Shown: positions 17,090-25,237 of the stretch, in pieces
How the letters are laid out: every line of letters begins with the position of its first letter
Numbering within the stretch: the first letter of the stretch is position 1
Source: Candidatus Gastranaerophilales bacterium
Lineage (GTDB): Bacteria; Cyanobacteriota; Vampirovibrionia; Gastranaerophilales; Gastranaerophilaceae
DNA length: 64,000 bases
Reading direction: 5' to 3'
Assembly: GCA_944322945.1 (NCBI GenBank)
Contig: CALUQN010000010.1
Coordinates: 2,230-66,229, forward strand
Position numbers and translations under genes: made by a program
Notes under the pieces: model-generated
Database searches by the model: none
Seen by the model: only the letters and a program-made list of their open reading frames with translations
What the model was told of the DNA's origin: nothing

Positions 17090-18208
17090 TTAAATTTCAT
17101 TGGCAATGATATCAATAATTTTTTTTGCAGCAGTACCGTCGCCATAAGGATTCTGTGCTTTTAATCTGGTTTCAGCTTTTGTATTATCAAGAATTGCTTC
17201 AGATTCGGATATGATTTTTTCATAATCCGCGCCTACAAGTTTTGAAACGCCTGCATCAATCCCTTCCTGACGCTCTGTTTCATATCTCATAACCAGCGTA
17301 GGGCACCCGAAAGATGGTGCTTCTTCCTGTATGCCGCCTGAATCTGTCAGAATAAGTTTTGCATTTTTCATGAGATAGACTAAGTTCGGATAATCCAGCG
17401 GTTTGAATAATTTTATATTAGTATATTTTTCAAGCCTGAAATGAATTTTATCCTTTACATTCGGATTTGGGTGAACCGGTATTATAAACGTATGGTCTGC
17501 GTATTTATTTGCAAGGTATTCTATTGCATCAATGATGCGGTCAATTCTTTCTCCGTGGTTTTCTCGTCTGTGTGCTGTTATCAAAACAAGTTTGTCATCA
17601 ATTTTGACTCCGTTTTTCTCAAAAAACGCTGCAGCACCGGCATGAGCAGTCTCTGATAAACAGAAAAGCGCGTCGATAACCGTATTGCCGACAACGTGAA
17701 TTGATTTATCCGGAATATTTTCCTTCAAAAGCGCCTGTCTGTTTTTTTCTGTCGGAGCAAAGTTTAAAGCTGTTACACGGGATGCCATCTGCCGCATAAT
17801 TTCTTCCGGAAACGGTTCATATATGTCATAAGAGCGCAAGCCGGCTTCCACATGGCAGACAGGAATTTTATGGTAAAAACTTGTTAATGCACCGCAAAGT
17901 ACTGTCATTGTATCACCCTGAACAATTGAGGCATCTATTTTGTTATGCTTAAAAACATCGTCCAGTGCACTTAGAATTCTTACCTGTACTTCAGCAAGCG
18001 ATTGGTTCGGGCGCATACAGTCAAGATTTATATCAGCTTTCAGCCCGAAGTACTCAAGAGTTTGATTAGAAAGCTCTTTTTGCTGTTCGGTGTTGCAGAT
18101 AATTACGTTAAATTTATCAGGGTGTTTTTGCGCCTCCAAAATAACCGGAGCAAGCTTTATAACCTCCGGTCGTGTTCCAAAAATAACTAACAAATTCTTC
18201 CTGTCCAT
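17090..18208 (-). CDS. wecB: UDP-N-acetylglucosamine 2-epimerase
   Basis: LLVIFGTRPEVIKLAPV and the family-wide pattern. The internal Met at 18208 gives a canonical N-terminus (the ORF extends to 18244). Confidence 0.9.
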   Translation of the reverse strand: MDRKNLLVIFGTRPEVIKLAPVILEAQKHPDKFNVIICNTEQQKELSNQTLEYFGLKADINLDCMRPNQSLAEVQVRILSALDDVFKHNKIDASIVQGDTMTVLCGALTSFYHKIPVCHVEAGLRSYDIYEPFPEEIMRQMASRVTALNFAPTEKNRQALLKENIPDKSIHVVGNTVIDALFCLSETAHAGAAAFFEKNGVKIDDKLVLITAHRRENHGERIDRIIDAIEYLANKYADHTFIIPVHPNPNVKDKIHFRLEKYTNIKLFKPLDYPNLVYLMKNAKLILTDSGGIQEEAPSFGCPTLVMRYETERQEGIDAGVSKLVGADYEKIISESEAILDNTKAETRLKAQNPYGDGTAAKKIIDIIANEI

Positions 18209-18320
18209 AGTTCTTAGTCTATTATAAAAAACATCCTCATGCAATAAATATTAAATATTGTCTGTTTCGGTAATTAAATTATCCTGTGCACGGTTATAAT
18301 GAAAATATGGAGGAAAAATT

Positions 18321-18554
18321 ATGCTTGAATTATACATTTCTGAAACCTGTCCCTACAGCAGAAAAGTGCTGGATTATTTTGATGACAACCATATTGCGTA
18401 CTTAAAACACGATATTTCCGAACCTCAAAATTTGAAGGTTTTGCTTGAAAAAGGCGGCAAAGCCCAGGTTCCTTTTATGGTTGATGATGAGCACGATTTG
18501 AGTTTGTATGAATCGGATGACATTATTGATTATGCAAAACGACTTTATAGGTAG
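18321..18554 (+). CDS. glutaredoxin-like thioredoxin-fold protein (single-Cys CPYS motif)
   Basis: 77 aa, ETCPYSRKV...VPFMVDD pattern. Confidence 0.7.
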   Translation: MLELYISETCPYSRKVLDYFDDNHIAYLKHDISEPQNLKVLLEKGGKAQVPFMVDDEHDLSLYESDDIIDYAKRLYR

Positions 18555-18561
18555 GTAAATT

Positions 18562-20163
18562 ATGTATTACAATTACTATAAACCGTCAGAAAACGAATTT
18601 AATGACTGTACATCAAAGGGCGTGTGTTCAGTTCCGCCCTCTGTTTCAGCGTTCAGAGAAGTTATTGTTATGCTGCTGCGCCAGCTTGCTTATTATATCG
18701 TAAAGCTCAATATTGCCGGCGTCGAATGTGACGAACTTAAACTTGAGCTTGTGCGTTCGCTTGCAAGTATTTTTACCTCGGCAGACTATAGTGATGATGA
18801 AGTCTATACTTGTATTTTAACAAATTATAATAACCTTATTCAGACAAAAGAGTTTTATATACAGATTTGCAAAGACAAAGGGATTACTCCGCGTGAATTG
18901 AAAAGTGAGGTTAGAATCTCGTCTGATATGAATCTTTCAAAATTGATGTCGCTTGGTGAAAAAATTTTCAAAGCACGTAATAAGAAAATTAATCCTCAGC
19001 ACAGGCAGCTTTTTGAAATTATGCTGCTTGTTACGCAGAGTCTTGCTGGAAATTTAATTTCTCTTGCAGATTACACCGATGTAGATATGAAATTTGCAGA
19101 TAAAGCTGTTGGTGCTCTCGATATGCTTAATTATCCTCGTTCATCGGTAATCAAAATAAAAAATTACATTTCAGACATCGTTTCATTGAATTTTGAACTT
19201 GTTTCAACTCTCGGAGATGAGATATATGCTCAATTCGGTGCTATCAGAGAAAAATCGGTTCCGCTATCGTCAAGACCGGGCAAGGCAATACTTGTTTCCG
19301 GCTCTAATCTCAAGGATTTATCAAATCTTTTGGAAAGTCTTGAATGTGTAGATATTGATGTTTATACTCACTCGGATTTATTGATTGCGCATGCGCTTGA
19401 AAAATTTGGAGAATACAAGAATTTATGCGGGCATTATGGCAGCAATTCAGATAATTTCATGCTCGATTTTGCAACATTCCCCGGTGCAATTTTACTCACG
19501 CGCGGGGCAGCAAAAAATATTGAATACCTCTACAGGGGACGACTTTTCAGTACGGATAAGGCTGTTCCTGTCGGCGTTACTCCAATCAGGGATAAGGATT
19601 TTTCCGTGCTTATACAGACGGCTGAAAAGGCAAGAGGTTTTAAAACAGGCAAGGAAAAAGGCTTTATAAAAGTCGGCTATAATGCTGATGAGTTAGAAAA
19701 TATTCTGCAAAATGCTGCAAATTCTTTTAATAGCGGCTCAATACAGAAGGTTTTCGTTATCGGTTTGACGAGTATGTCTTCACGTAATAATGATTTTTAT
19801 AATGAGCTTTTGGCAAAAGTTCACGATGATACTTTTATTATCAGTTTCGGTGCAGAAAGGGAGGATAAAAATATTCTGCCGTTGAATCTTTCAAACAACG
19901 TGCCGCTTTTGTACAGATTGATGAACAAATTTTTGGCGCTCGTAAAATCAGATTATGAGAGATTTTCATTTTTTATTTCAAAGTGTGACTCAAATTCAAT
20001 AAGTACAATGATTGCTCTGAAAGAACACGGATTCAACAATATCTATCTGAACAACTGTCCGCCTAATGCGGTTAATCCTCTCACTATCAATGCTTTTGCC
20101 AAACTTTACGGTATAAAAATGATTACTAATCCTAAAGAAGATATAAAAGAAATAATTCAGTAA
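18562..20163 (+). CDS. hybrid-cluster-protein (prismane) family homologue, cluster ligands apparently lost
   Basis: GKAILVSGSNLKDLSNLLESLECVDIDVYTHSDLLIAH...NLCGHYGS parallels HCP [38 protein letters not shown]...LVGNYGS. The N-terminal Cys cluster is reduced to DCTSKGVC. Confidence 0.65.
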   Translation: MYYNYYKPSENEFNDCTSKGVCSVPPSVSAFREVIVMLLRQLAYYIVKLNIAGVECDELKLELVRSLASIFTSADYSDDEVYTCILTNYNNLIQTKEFYIQICKDKGITPRELKSEVRISSDMNLSKLMSLGEKIFKARNKKINPQHRQLFEIMLLVTQSLAGNLISLADYTDVDMKFADKAVGALDMLNYPRSSVIKIKNYISDIVSLNFELVSTLGDEIYAQFGAIREKSVPLSSRPGKAILVSGSNLKDLSNLLESLECVDIDVYTHSDLLIAHALEKFGEYKNLCGHYGSNSDNFMLDFATFPGAILLTRGAAKNIEYLYRGRLFSTDKAVPVGVTPIRDKDFSVLIQTAEKARGFKTGKEKGFIKVGYNADELENILQNAANSFNSGSIQKVFVIGLTSMSSRNNDFYNELLAKVHDDTFIISFGAEREDKNILPLNLSNNVPLLYRLMNKFLALVKSDYERFSFFISKCDSNSISTMIALKEHGFNNIYLNNCPPNAVNPLTINAFAKLYGIKMITNPKEDIKEIIQ

Positions 20164-20166
20164 TAC

Positions 20167-20205
20167 AAAAAGGAACTCTCTTGTATAAGACAGTTCCTTT
20201 TTTTT
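20167..20205. terminator. bidirectional terminator
   Basis: AAAAAGGAACT...AGTTCCTTTTT, flanked by an A-run and a T-run, between convergent genes. Confidence 0.7.
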
Positions 20206-20224
20206 GATATGAATATTAATAAAA

Positions 20225-20695
20225 TTAATATCTGTAGTGAGCAAAAGCTTTGTTAGCTTCAGCCATTTTGTGGGTATCTTCACGTTTTTTACAAGCTGCA
20301 CCCTGACCGTTAGAGGCATCAATCATTTCGTTTGTTAATTTTTCGATGAATGATTTGCCGTGTCTTTTCTTGGCAGCTTCTATAAGCCATGAAGAAGCAA
20401 GTGCAAATCCTCTGTCAGCTTTAACTTCTATCGGTACCTGATAAGTAGAACCGCCGATACGTCTAGCTTTAACTTCCAGTAACGGTGTTGCATTTGTTAA
20501 TGCTTTTTGGAAGATTTCAAGAGCTTTTTCGTTAGTTCTTTCTTCAATTTTAGCTAAAGTAGCGTAGAAGATTTTTTCAGCAACAGATTTTTTGCCGCGT
20601 CTCATAATTCTGTTAATAAATTTAGAAATATCAACCGAATTATAAACCGGATCTGCTAACGGAATTCTTTTTGCTGGTTTAGAACGTCTTGACAT
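20225..20695 (-). CDS. rpsG: 30S ribosomal protein S7
   Basis: Full-length canonical S7 sequence. Confidence 0.97.
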   Translation of the reverse strand: MSRRSKPAKRIPLADPVYNSVDISKFINRIMRRGKKSVAEKIFYATLAKIEERTNEKALEIFQKALTNATPLLEVKARRIGGSTYQVPIEVKADRGFALASSWLIEAAKKRHGKSFIEKLTNEMIDASNGQGAACKKREDTHKMAEANKAFAHYRY

Positions 20696-21081
20696 TACTT
20701 CTTACCTCCTTTAGCATTTTTCTTAGCACCGTATTTTGATCTGCTTTGTGCTCTGTTAGCAACACCAGCAGTATCAAGGGTACCTCTTACGATGTGGTAA
20801 CGAACACCCGGAAGGTCTTTAACCCTGCCGCCTCTAATCAGAACAACACTGTGTTCCTGAAGGTTGTGACCGATACCCGGAATATATGAAGTAACTTCAA
20901 ATCCGTTGGTTAATCTTACACGGGCAACTTTTCTCAAAGCTGAGTTTGGTTTTTTAGGGGTTGTAGTGTAAACCCTTGTGCATACTCCGCGTCTTTGAGG
21001 GCAATCCATCAAAGCTGGAGATTTTGTTTTGTCTGTAAGCTTTTTACGCTCACTGCGTACAAGCTGATTAATTGTAGGCAT
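20695..21081 (-). CDS. rpsL: 30S ribosomal protein S12
   Basis: MPTINQLVR...KPNSALRK canonical S12 sequence. Confidence 0.97.
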   Translation of the reverse strand: MPTINQLVRSERKKLTDKTKSPALMDCPQRRGVCTRVYTTTPKKPNSALRKVARVRLTNGFEVTSYIPGIGHNLQEHSVVLIRGGRVKDLPGVRYHIVRGTLDTAGVANRAQSRSKYGAKKNAKGGKK

Positions 21082-21309
21082 TGTTTTCTCCTTTTATTAG
21101 TAACATCATTGGCAAGATCATAAACCTGAAACCCTTACGCATTCCGGTTATGACTGGACTACGGGGCGGAATTGGTGTTTTGGTAAACATTTTATCCCTA
21201 TTGCCGGATCCTTTACGTCCTGTCTTGCCTGCTTTGCCGTTATATCCAGCACGAAATTACACGGCTCAGCGTATGCTTTTATTTAATATCAAGCAAGGTT
21301 CAATGTCAA
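21082..21309 (-). promoter_or_regulatory. candidate promoter (TTGACA, 21304..21309) plus ~190-nt GC-rich structured 5' leader of rpsL
   Basis: Minus-strand TTGACA-N15/17-TATTAA/TTAAAT. The leader is clearly more GC-rich than its surroundings, with complementary segments (ATTCCG/CGGAAT, GGCAAGA/TCTTGCC). Confidence 0.35.
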
Positions 21310-21318
21310 GCAAAATGC

Positions 21319-22323
21319 TTATATTTTGTAATATTTCAGTGTCTGATTAATTTCTTTCGGCGGTACCGTTGAGACTACACGTGCCACTGTACGAGCTTTG
21401 CCTGAGTCAAGATAATTGAAGCCGTATGGTGTTGTTACTTTTGCACGAAGTGCATATTTTACCGCATCATTTACAGGCAGCGTTTCGTTTAACTCCGTAA
21501 TTAGTCTATACATTGGCTGCGAGTAAACTTTATTGCCTATGCTGTTTTTAAAAACTGACGCCTTCAATATTTTTGCCGCTTCTTCTGCTGATACTTTTCT
21601 TGTCTCCATGCTGATGAAACCATCATTAAACATTGCTTCACTCAGCTTGTCGTTTCCTTGCCAATCCGTTAATATTGATGCGTTTTTGATTGTTTTTACT
21701 GTGTCGATATCGTATCCGTCATAAAGTTTGTTTACAATGAGTTTTCTTGCAAGAGGAGAAAATACATTTTTCCCGTAATATTTTAATTCAGAGGCTTGTC
21801 TGATCTCTTCTTCCGGAATATCTATTTCTGTTCTTCTTAGTTCCGGATATTTTTCGTCAATGTCAACATCCGGTGCGTAATTTATATCAACAAGCGGAGA
21901 ATCCAAATCTCTCGGCGCTATATCTGTATCAGGCATAAACCATTTGTTTTCGGAAAAAGTGTACCCTTTTGCTCTGTAAAATTTTCTGTCAACGGGATTG
22001 TAAAATTGTGTAACAATTGGTTCTAAGTCATCTTCATCGTAGCTGTCATATCCGCTCAAATCGTGTTCAAGAGAAATGTCAAAAAGTTCGTCGTCGCGGA
22101 AAATAGCTCTGCGGGCAGCGACGTCTTCCGGTGTTTCCTGCCTGAAATACGGCTTTTTCTTCTCGATGTATAATACGTCTTTTAACACAAACGGTATCGG
22201 ACAATTTTCATAATTCTGTTCATAGACATCCCTGTTTGCTGTTGTTTGTGTTTTAGGCTTTTTCGTTGAAGTGAAATAAGCTCTTTGGACAGGGCTGGTA
22301 TTTGTTATACGTTGAATTTGCAT
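21319..22323 (-). CDS. hypothetical protein
   Basis: 334-aa ORF. N-terminus MQIQRITNTSPVQRAYF. No recognised domain. Confidence 0.6.
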   Translation of the reverse strand: MQIQRITNTSPVQRAYFTSTKKPKTQTTANRDVYEQNYENCPIPFVLKDVLYIEKKKPYFRQETPEDVAARRAIFRDDELFDISLEHDLSGYDSYDEDDLEPIVTQFYNPVDRKFYRAKGYTFSENKWFMPDTDIAPRDLDSPLVDINYAPDVDIDEKYPELRRTEIDIPEEEIRQASELKYYGKNVFSPLARKLIVNKLYDGYDIDTVKTIKNASILTDWQGNDKLSEAMFNDGFISMETRKVSAEEAAKILKASVFKNSIGNKVYSQPMYRLITELNETLPVNDAVKYALRAKVTTPYGFNYLDSGKARTVARVVSTVPPKEINQTLKYYKI

Positions 22324-22397
22324 TTGGAATTTACCTCAATTAACTGTACCAATTGTTGTCTATATAAAATGTGAAAATAAAATATTTTGCTAGTATT

Positions 22398-22892
22398 TTA
22401 AGATAATTTGAAATCGCCGTATTTTTTAATATGTTCAACCAGTCCGCCGTCATTCAACAGTTTAATCATAACCGGCGGCAGGGGTTCAATCGGGATAATT
22501 GCGCCGTTTGTAAGGTCTTTAAGAATGCCTTTTTCAATATCAAGGTCTAGTTCGTCACCTGCATCAATTGCGTCAGTATCTGCTTCAATTGCAAGAAGGC
22601 CGATATTTATTGCGTTACGGTAGAAAATTCTTGCAAAGGATTTTGCGATAACAGCACCAACACCTGCAATTTTAATAATCTGCGGTGCGTGCTCACGGGA
22701 TGAGCCAAGCCCGAAATTTGAGCCTGCTACTACAAAATCGCCTTTTTGCATTTTTGAGGCAAATTCAGGATCAGCATCCTCCAGTACGTGTTTTGCAAAC
22801 TCCGGCAGATTTGAACGCAGGTGGAACAGGCGCCCGGGTGCAATATGGTCAGTTGATATGTTGTCTCCGAATTTGAATGCTTTGCCTCTCAT
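22398..22892 (-). CDS. leuD: 3-isopropylmalate/(homo)aconitate dehydratase small subunit (LeuD type)
   Basis: FGDNISTDHIAPGR...GSNFGLGSSREHAP. ATG 22892 with AAGGAG upstream. Confidence 0.85.
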   Translation of the reverse strand: MRGKAFKFGDNISTDHIAPGRLFHLRSNLPEFAKHVLEDADPEFASKMQKGDFVVAGSNFGLGSSREHAPQIIKIAGVGAVIAKSFARIFYRNAINIGLLAIEADTDAIDAGDELDLDIEKGILKDLTNGAIIPIEPLPPVMIKLLNDGGLVEHIKKYGDFKLS

Positions 22893-22967
22893 GATAAAAT
22901 CTCCTTTTTTCTTATGATACAACAAAAAAGGAATTGTGTGATATAATTATTGAAAAAGAGGTGGATT

Positions 22968-23591
22968 ATGTATTTTGATAGAAAATGTAAAATTACTTAT
23001 ATATGTAATGGCGGCACAATTTTTTCAGAGGATAACAGATTAACTGATTCTGAAAATTATCCGCCGTTGAGTGAGGCCGGAGTTGAGGAAGTCGAAAGAA
23101 TTTGTGATTATTTAAAAAAACGCGGAATTAAAAATAACAAAATTTATTCATCTCCGGCAACGCGTGCAATGCAGACTGCACAGATGGTTGCTAAGATTTA
23201 TAAGCAGGATTTTGAAATTATTGAGGACTTGCATCCGAGAAAATGCGGTGGTTTCAACAATATGACCTTTGAGCAGCTTGAAGAAAAATGCCCTGAGGAT
23301 TTGAAACGATTGATTACACAGCCGGAAATCAGAACCCCGGATGATGCTGAAAGTGTTTCTGAATTTATTGACCGTGTAAAGATTGTTATTGATAAAATTG
23401 TTGCGGAAAATCAAGGCTCAAGGATTATTGTTGTGACTCACAAGGACGTTATAAAAGCTGCTATATGCCTTGCGCTTAATATTCCGGCAAGTTCTCTTCA
23501 AAGAATTTACATAAAAACAGGCTCTGCCACACAAATTAGCTATTATGACGAATGGGCAAGCTTAATGTATTCTGATTACACTCCTGTTTAG
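22968..23591 (+). CDS. histidine-phosphatase (phosphoglycerate mutase-like) superfamily protein with a non-canonical active site
   Basis: SSPATRAMQTA and VVTHKDVIKA motifs are retained. The expected N-terminal RHGE(T) reads NGGT. ATG 22968 with AAGAGG upstream. Confidence 0.7.
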   Translation: MYFDRKCKITYICNGGTIFSEDNRLTDSENYPPLSEAGVEEVERICDYLKKRGIKNNKIYSSPATRAMQTAQMVAKIYKQDFEIIEDLHPRKCGGFNNMTFEQLEEKCPEDLKRLITQPEIRTPDDAESVSEFIDRVKIVIDKIVAENQGSRIIVVTHKDVIKAAICLALNIPASSLQRIYIKTGSATQISYYDEWASLMYSDYTPV

Positions 23592-25204
23592 ATGTTGTCT
23601 CCCATCCAGGAAAGTAAAGAATTTATATTTACGCATTTGTCTTGCGAAATGGTGCTGCTATCAAGATACATATCCTGTGAAAAATTTTTCAGGATGTGAC
23701 TAAGCGTCTCTTCTTCAGGCAGCATTTCTTTTACCTCTTCAACAGGTGGTTCGCCTTCTTTTTTGTGGACAACGCGTGTTAATTTTGCTGATTCAATTTG
23801 AGGATTTTCCAGGTCTCCTTTAAACTTAATATTTAATCTGATAGTATCTCTCGGATTAAACAGTGTGAGGTCATTAAGTGATTCACCTTCAACAAGTTTA
23901 AATCCCCCATTTTCTGATATCAATTTTGTATATTTAGGTCTTGCGTCAGTGATTTTGGGCGGCGTGTAGCGCTCAATTGATTTAAAGTCATCATTGTAAC
24001 TGATAAAAGATTTGTCAGGATTATATGTATAATGTCCTCCAAAGTCAGCTTTATCAGACCCGAATTTTGCATTGTATACGTGGGTGCAGTCCGTCATTTT
24101 AGGTGTTAATTCAAACCCGTCAACAACGTGGCTTCTGATTTGCCCTTGTGCAACTGTTCCTCTGTCGGCAAATATTTTCAGTAAATCCGCATAATCTGTG
24201 ATGGGATTTTCTATGTCAGGTCGGAGTCCAAAATCTTTGTACAGGGTTTCGCAAACTTCGTTATAGCCGTCATCTATTATATCTTGTTGATTTTTCAGAG
24301 TTTCACGGAATTTTTGCGAGTGTATAATTTTGTAGACTTCTTCTTTTGATTTACCGGTTTGGTTTGCAATATCATCAATTGTAGAGTCAATATCAAGTTT
24401 ATGGCGCCACCTGCTTAATAGTTTTTCACTTTTTGCCGAGGGCATGAGATTGTCAATTATCGGCTTGCCGTCTCCTATTTCATAACAATCCAATATTGCA
24501 TCTAAATCAAATTGCCTTACAATTTTTTGAGCAACTGATTGGTTTATGTCAGTAACGATGACCTCACCTGATGCCGCATCGAAACGGATTGGGCGGAAAG
24601 CGTCTATGTACAACTTATTGGTAAGCACACCATGCTTATTAACAATCGGTGTTAAGTTGTTGTTACCTATAAATAATTCGCTAATCTGCGTAAACTCACC
24701 GTCAGACGGTCGGTGGATATTCATTACAACATCGCCGTTAGTTACCTGCATAAAACTCATATCGTCATTAAATTTGAGTGTTCTGCGTGCATCTGCATCT
24801 GCTTTAATAATTTTTGTAAGCAAACTCTCCTGATTATTTACAACAATTCTTTCAGGTGTCTCAAGTGTTTCCGGCTTAAATTTTGAGAAGATGCTTTCGC
24901 CGAAATTGAAATCAAATTTTTTGTTTATAATATTTTTGAAGGGGTCAAAATTTGCGATCTCTTCAGCAATGGAACTTAGCTCTGATGAGCCCTTTCCTCT
25001 TCTGAGATAATATATTCCGCCTGTGACTGTCGCTATTAAAGCTGCAGCAGCCGCAGCCGACCAGTAAATTTTAGATTTTGCTGAATGTTTGTCTTTAGCC
25101 TCCGCATCAGGATTTGTCTGCGTAGAAGTCTTTTGCTGTACTCCGGCAGCACGATTAAGCAGAAAATCATTCTGGAGACCTAAGTTCACTTTACTTTCTA
25201 ACAT
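23588..25204 (-). CDS. membrane-anchored hypothetical protein
   Basis: 538-aa ORF. A single TM helix (IYWSAAAAAALIATVTGGIYYL) follows a polar N-terminus. Confidence 0.6.
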   Translation of the reverse strand: MLESKVNLGLQNDFLLNRAAGVQQKTSTQTNPDAEAKDKHSAKSKIYWSAAAAAALIATVTGGIYYLRRGKGSSELSSIAEEIANFDPFKNIINKKFDFNFGESIFSKFKPETLETPERIVVNNQESLLTKIIKADADARRTLKFNDDMSFMQVTNGDVVMNIHRPSDGEFTQISELFIGNNNLTPIVNKHGVLTNKLYIDAFRPIRFDAASGEVIVTDINQSVAQKIVRQFDLDAILDCYEIGDGKPIIDNLMPSAKSEKLLSRWRHKLDIDSTIDDIANQTGKSKEEVYKIIHSQKFRETLKNQQDIIDDGYNEVCETLYKDFGLRPDIENPITDYADLLKIFADRGTVAQGQIRSHVVDGFELTPKMTDCTHVYNAKFGSDKADFGGHYTYNPDKSFISYNDDFKSIERYTPPKITDARPKYTKLISENGGFKLVEGESLNDLTLFNPRDTIRLNIKFKGDLENPQIESAKLTRVVHKKEGEPPVEEVKEMLPEEETLSHILKNFSQDMYLDSSTISQDKCVNINSLLSWMGDNI

Positions 25205-25237
25205 ATATTTATAAACAACTGTAAGAAATCTTTTTTG

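Noticed and set aside
21081-21350. 89-aa plus-strand ORF.
   Set aside because: It lies antisense to the rpsL leader and promoter. Its Pro/Leu/Gly-rich translation is typical of a GC-rich noncoding segment.
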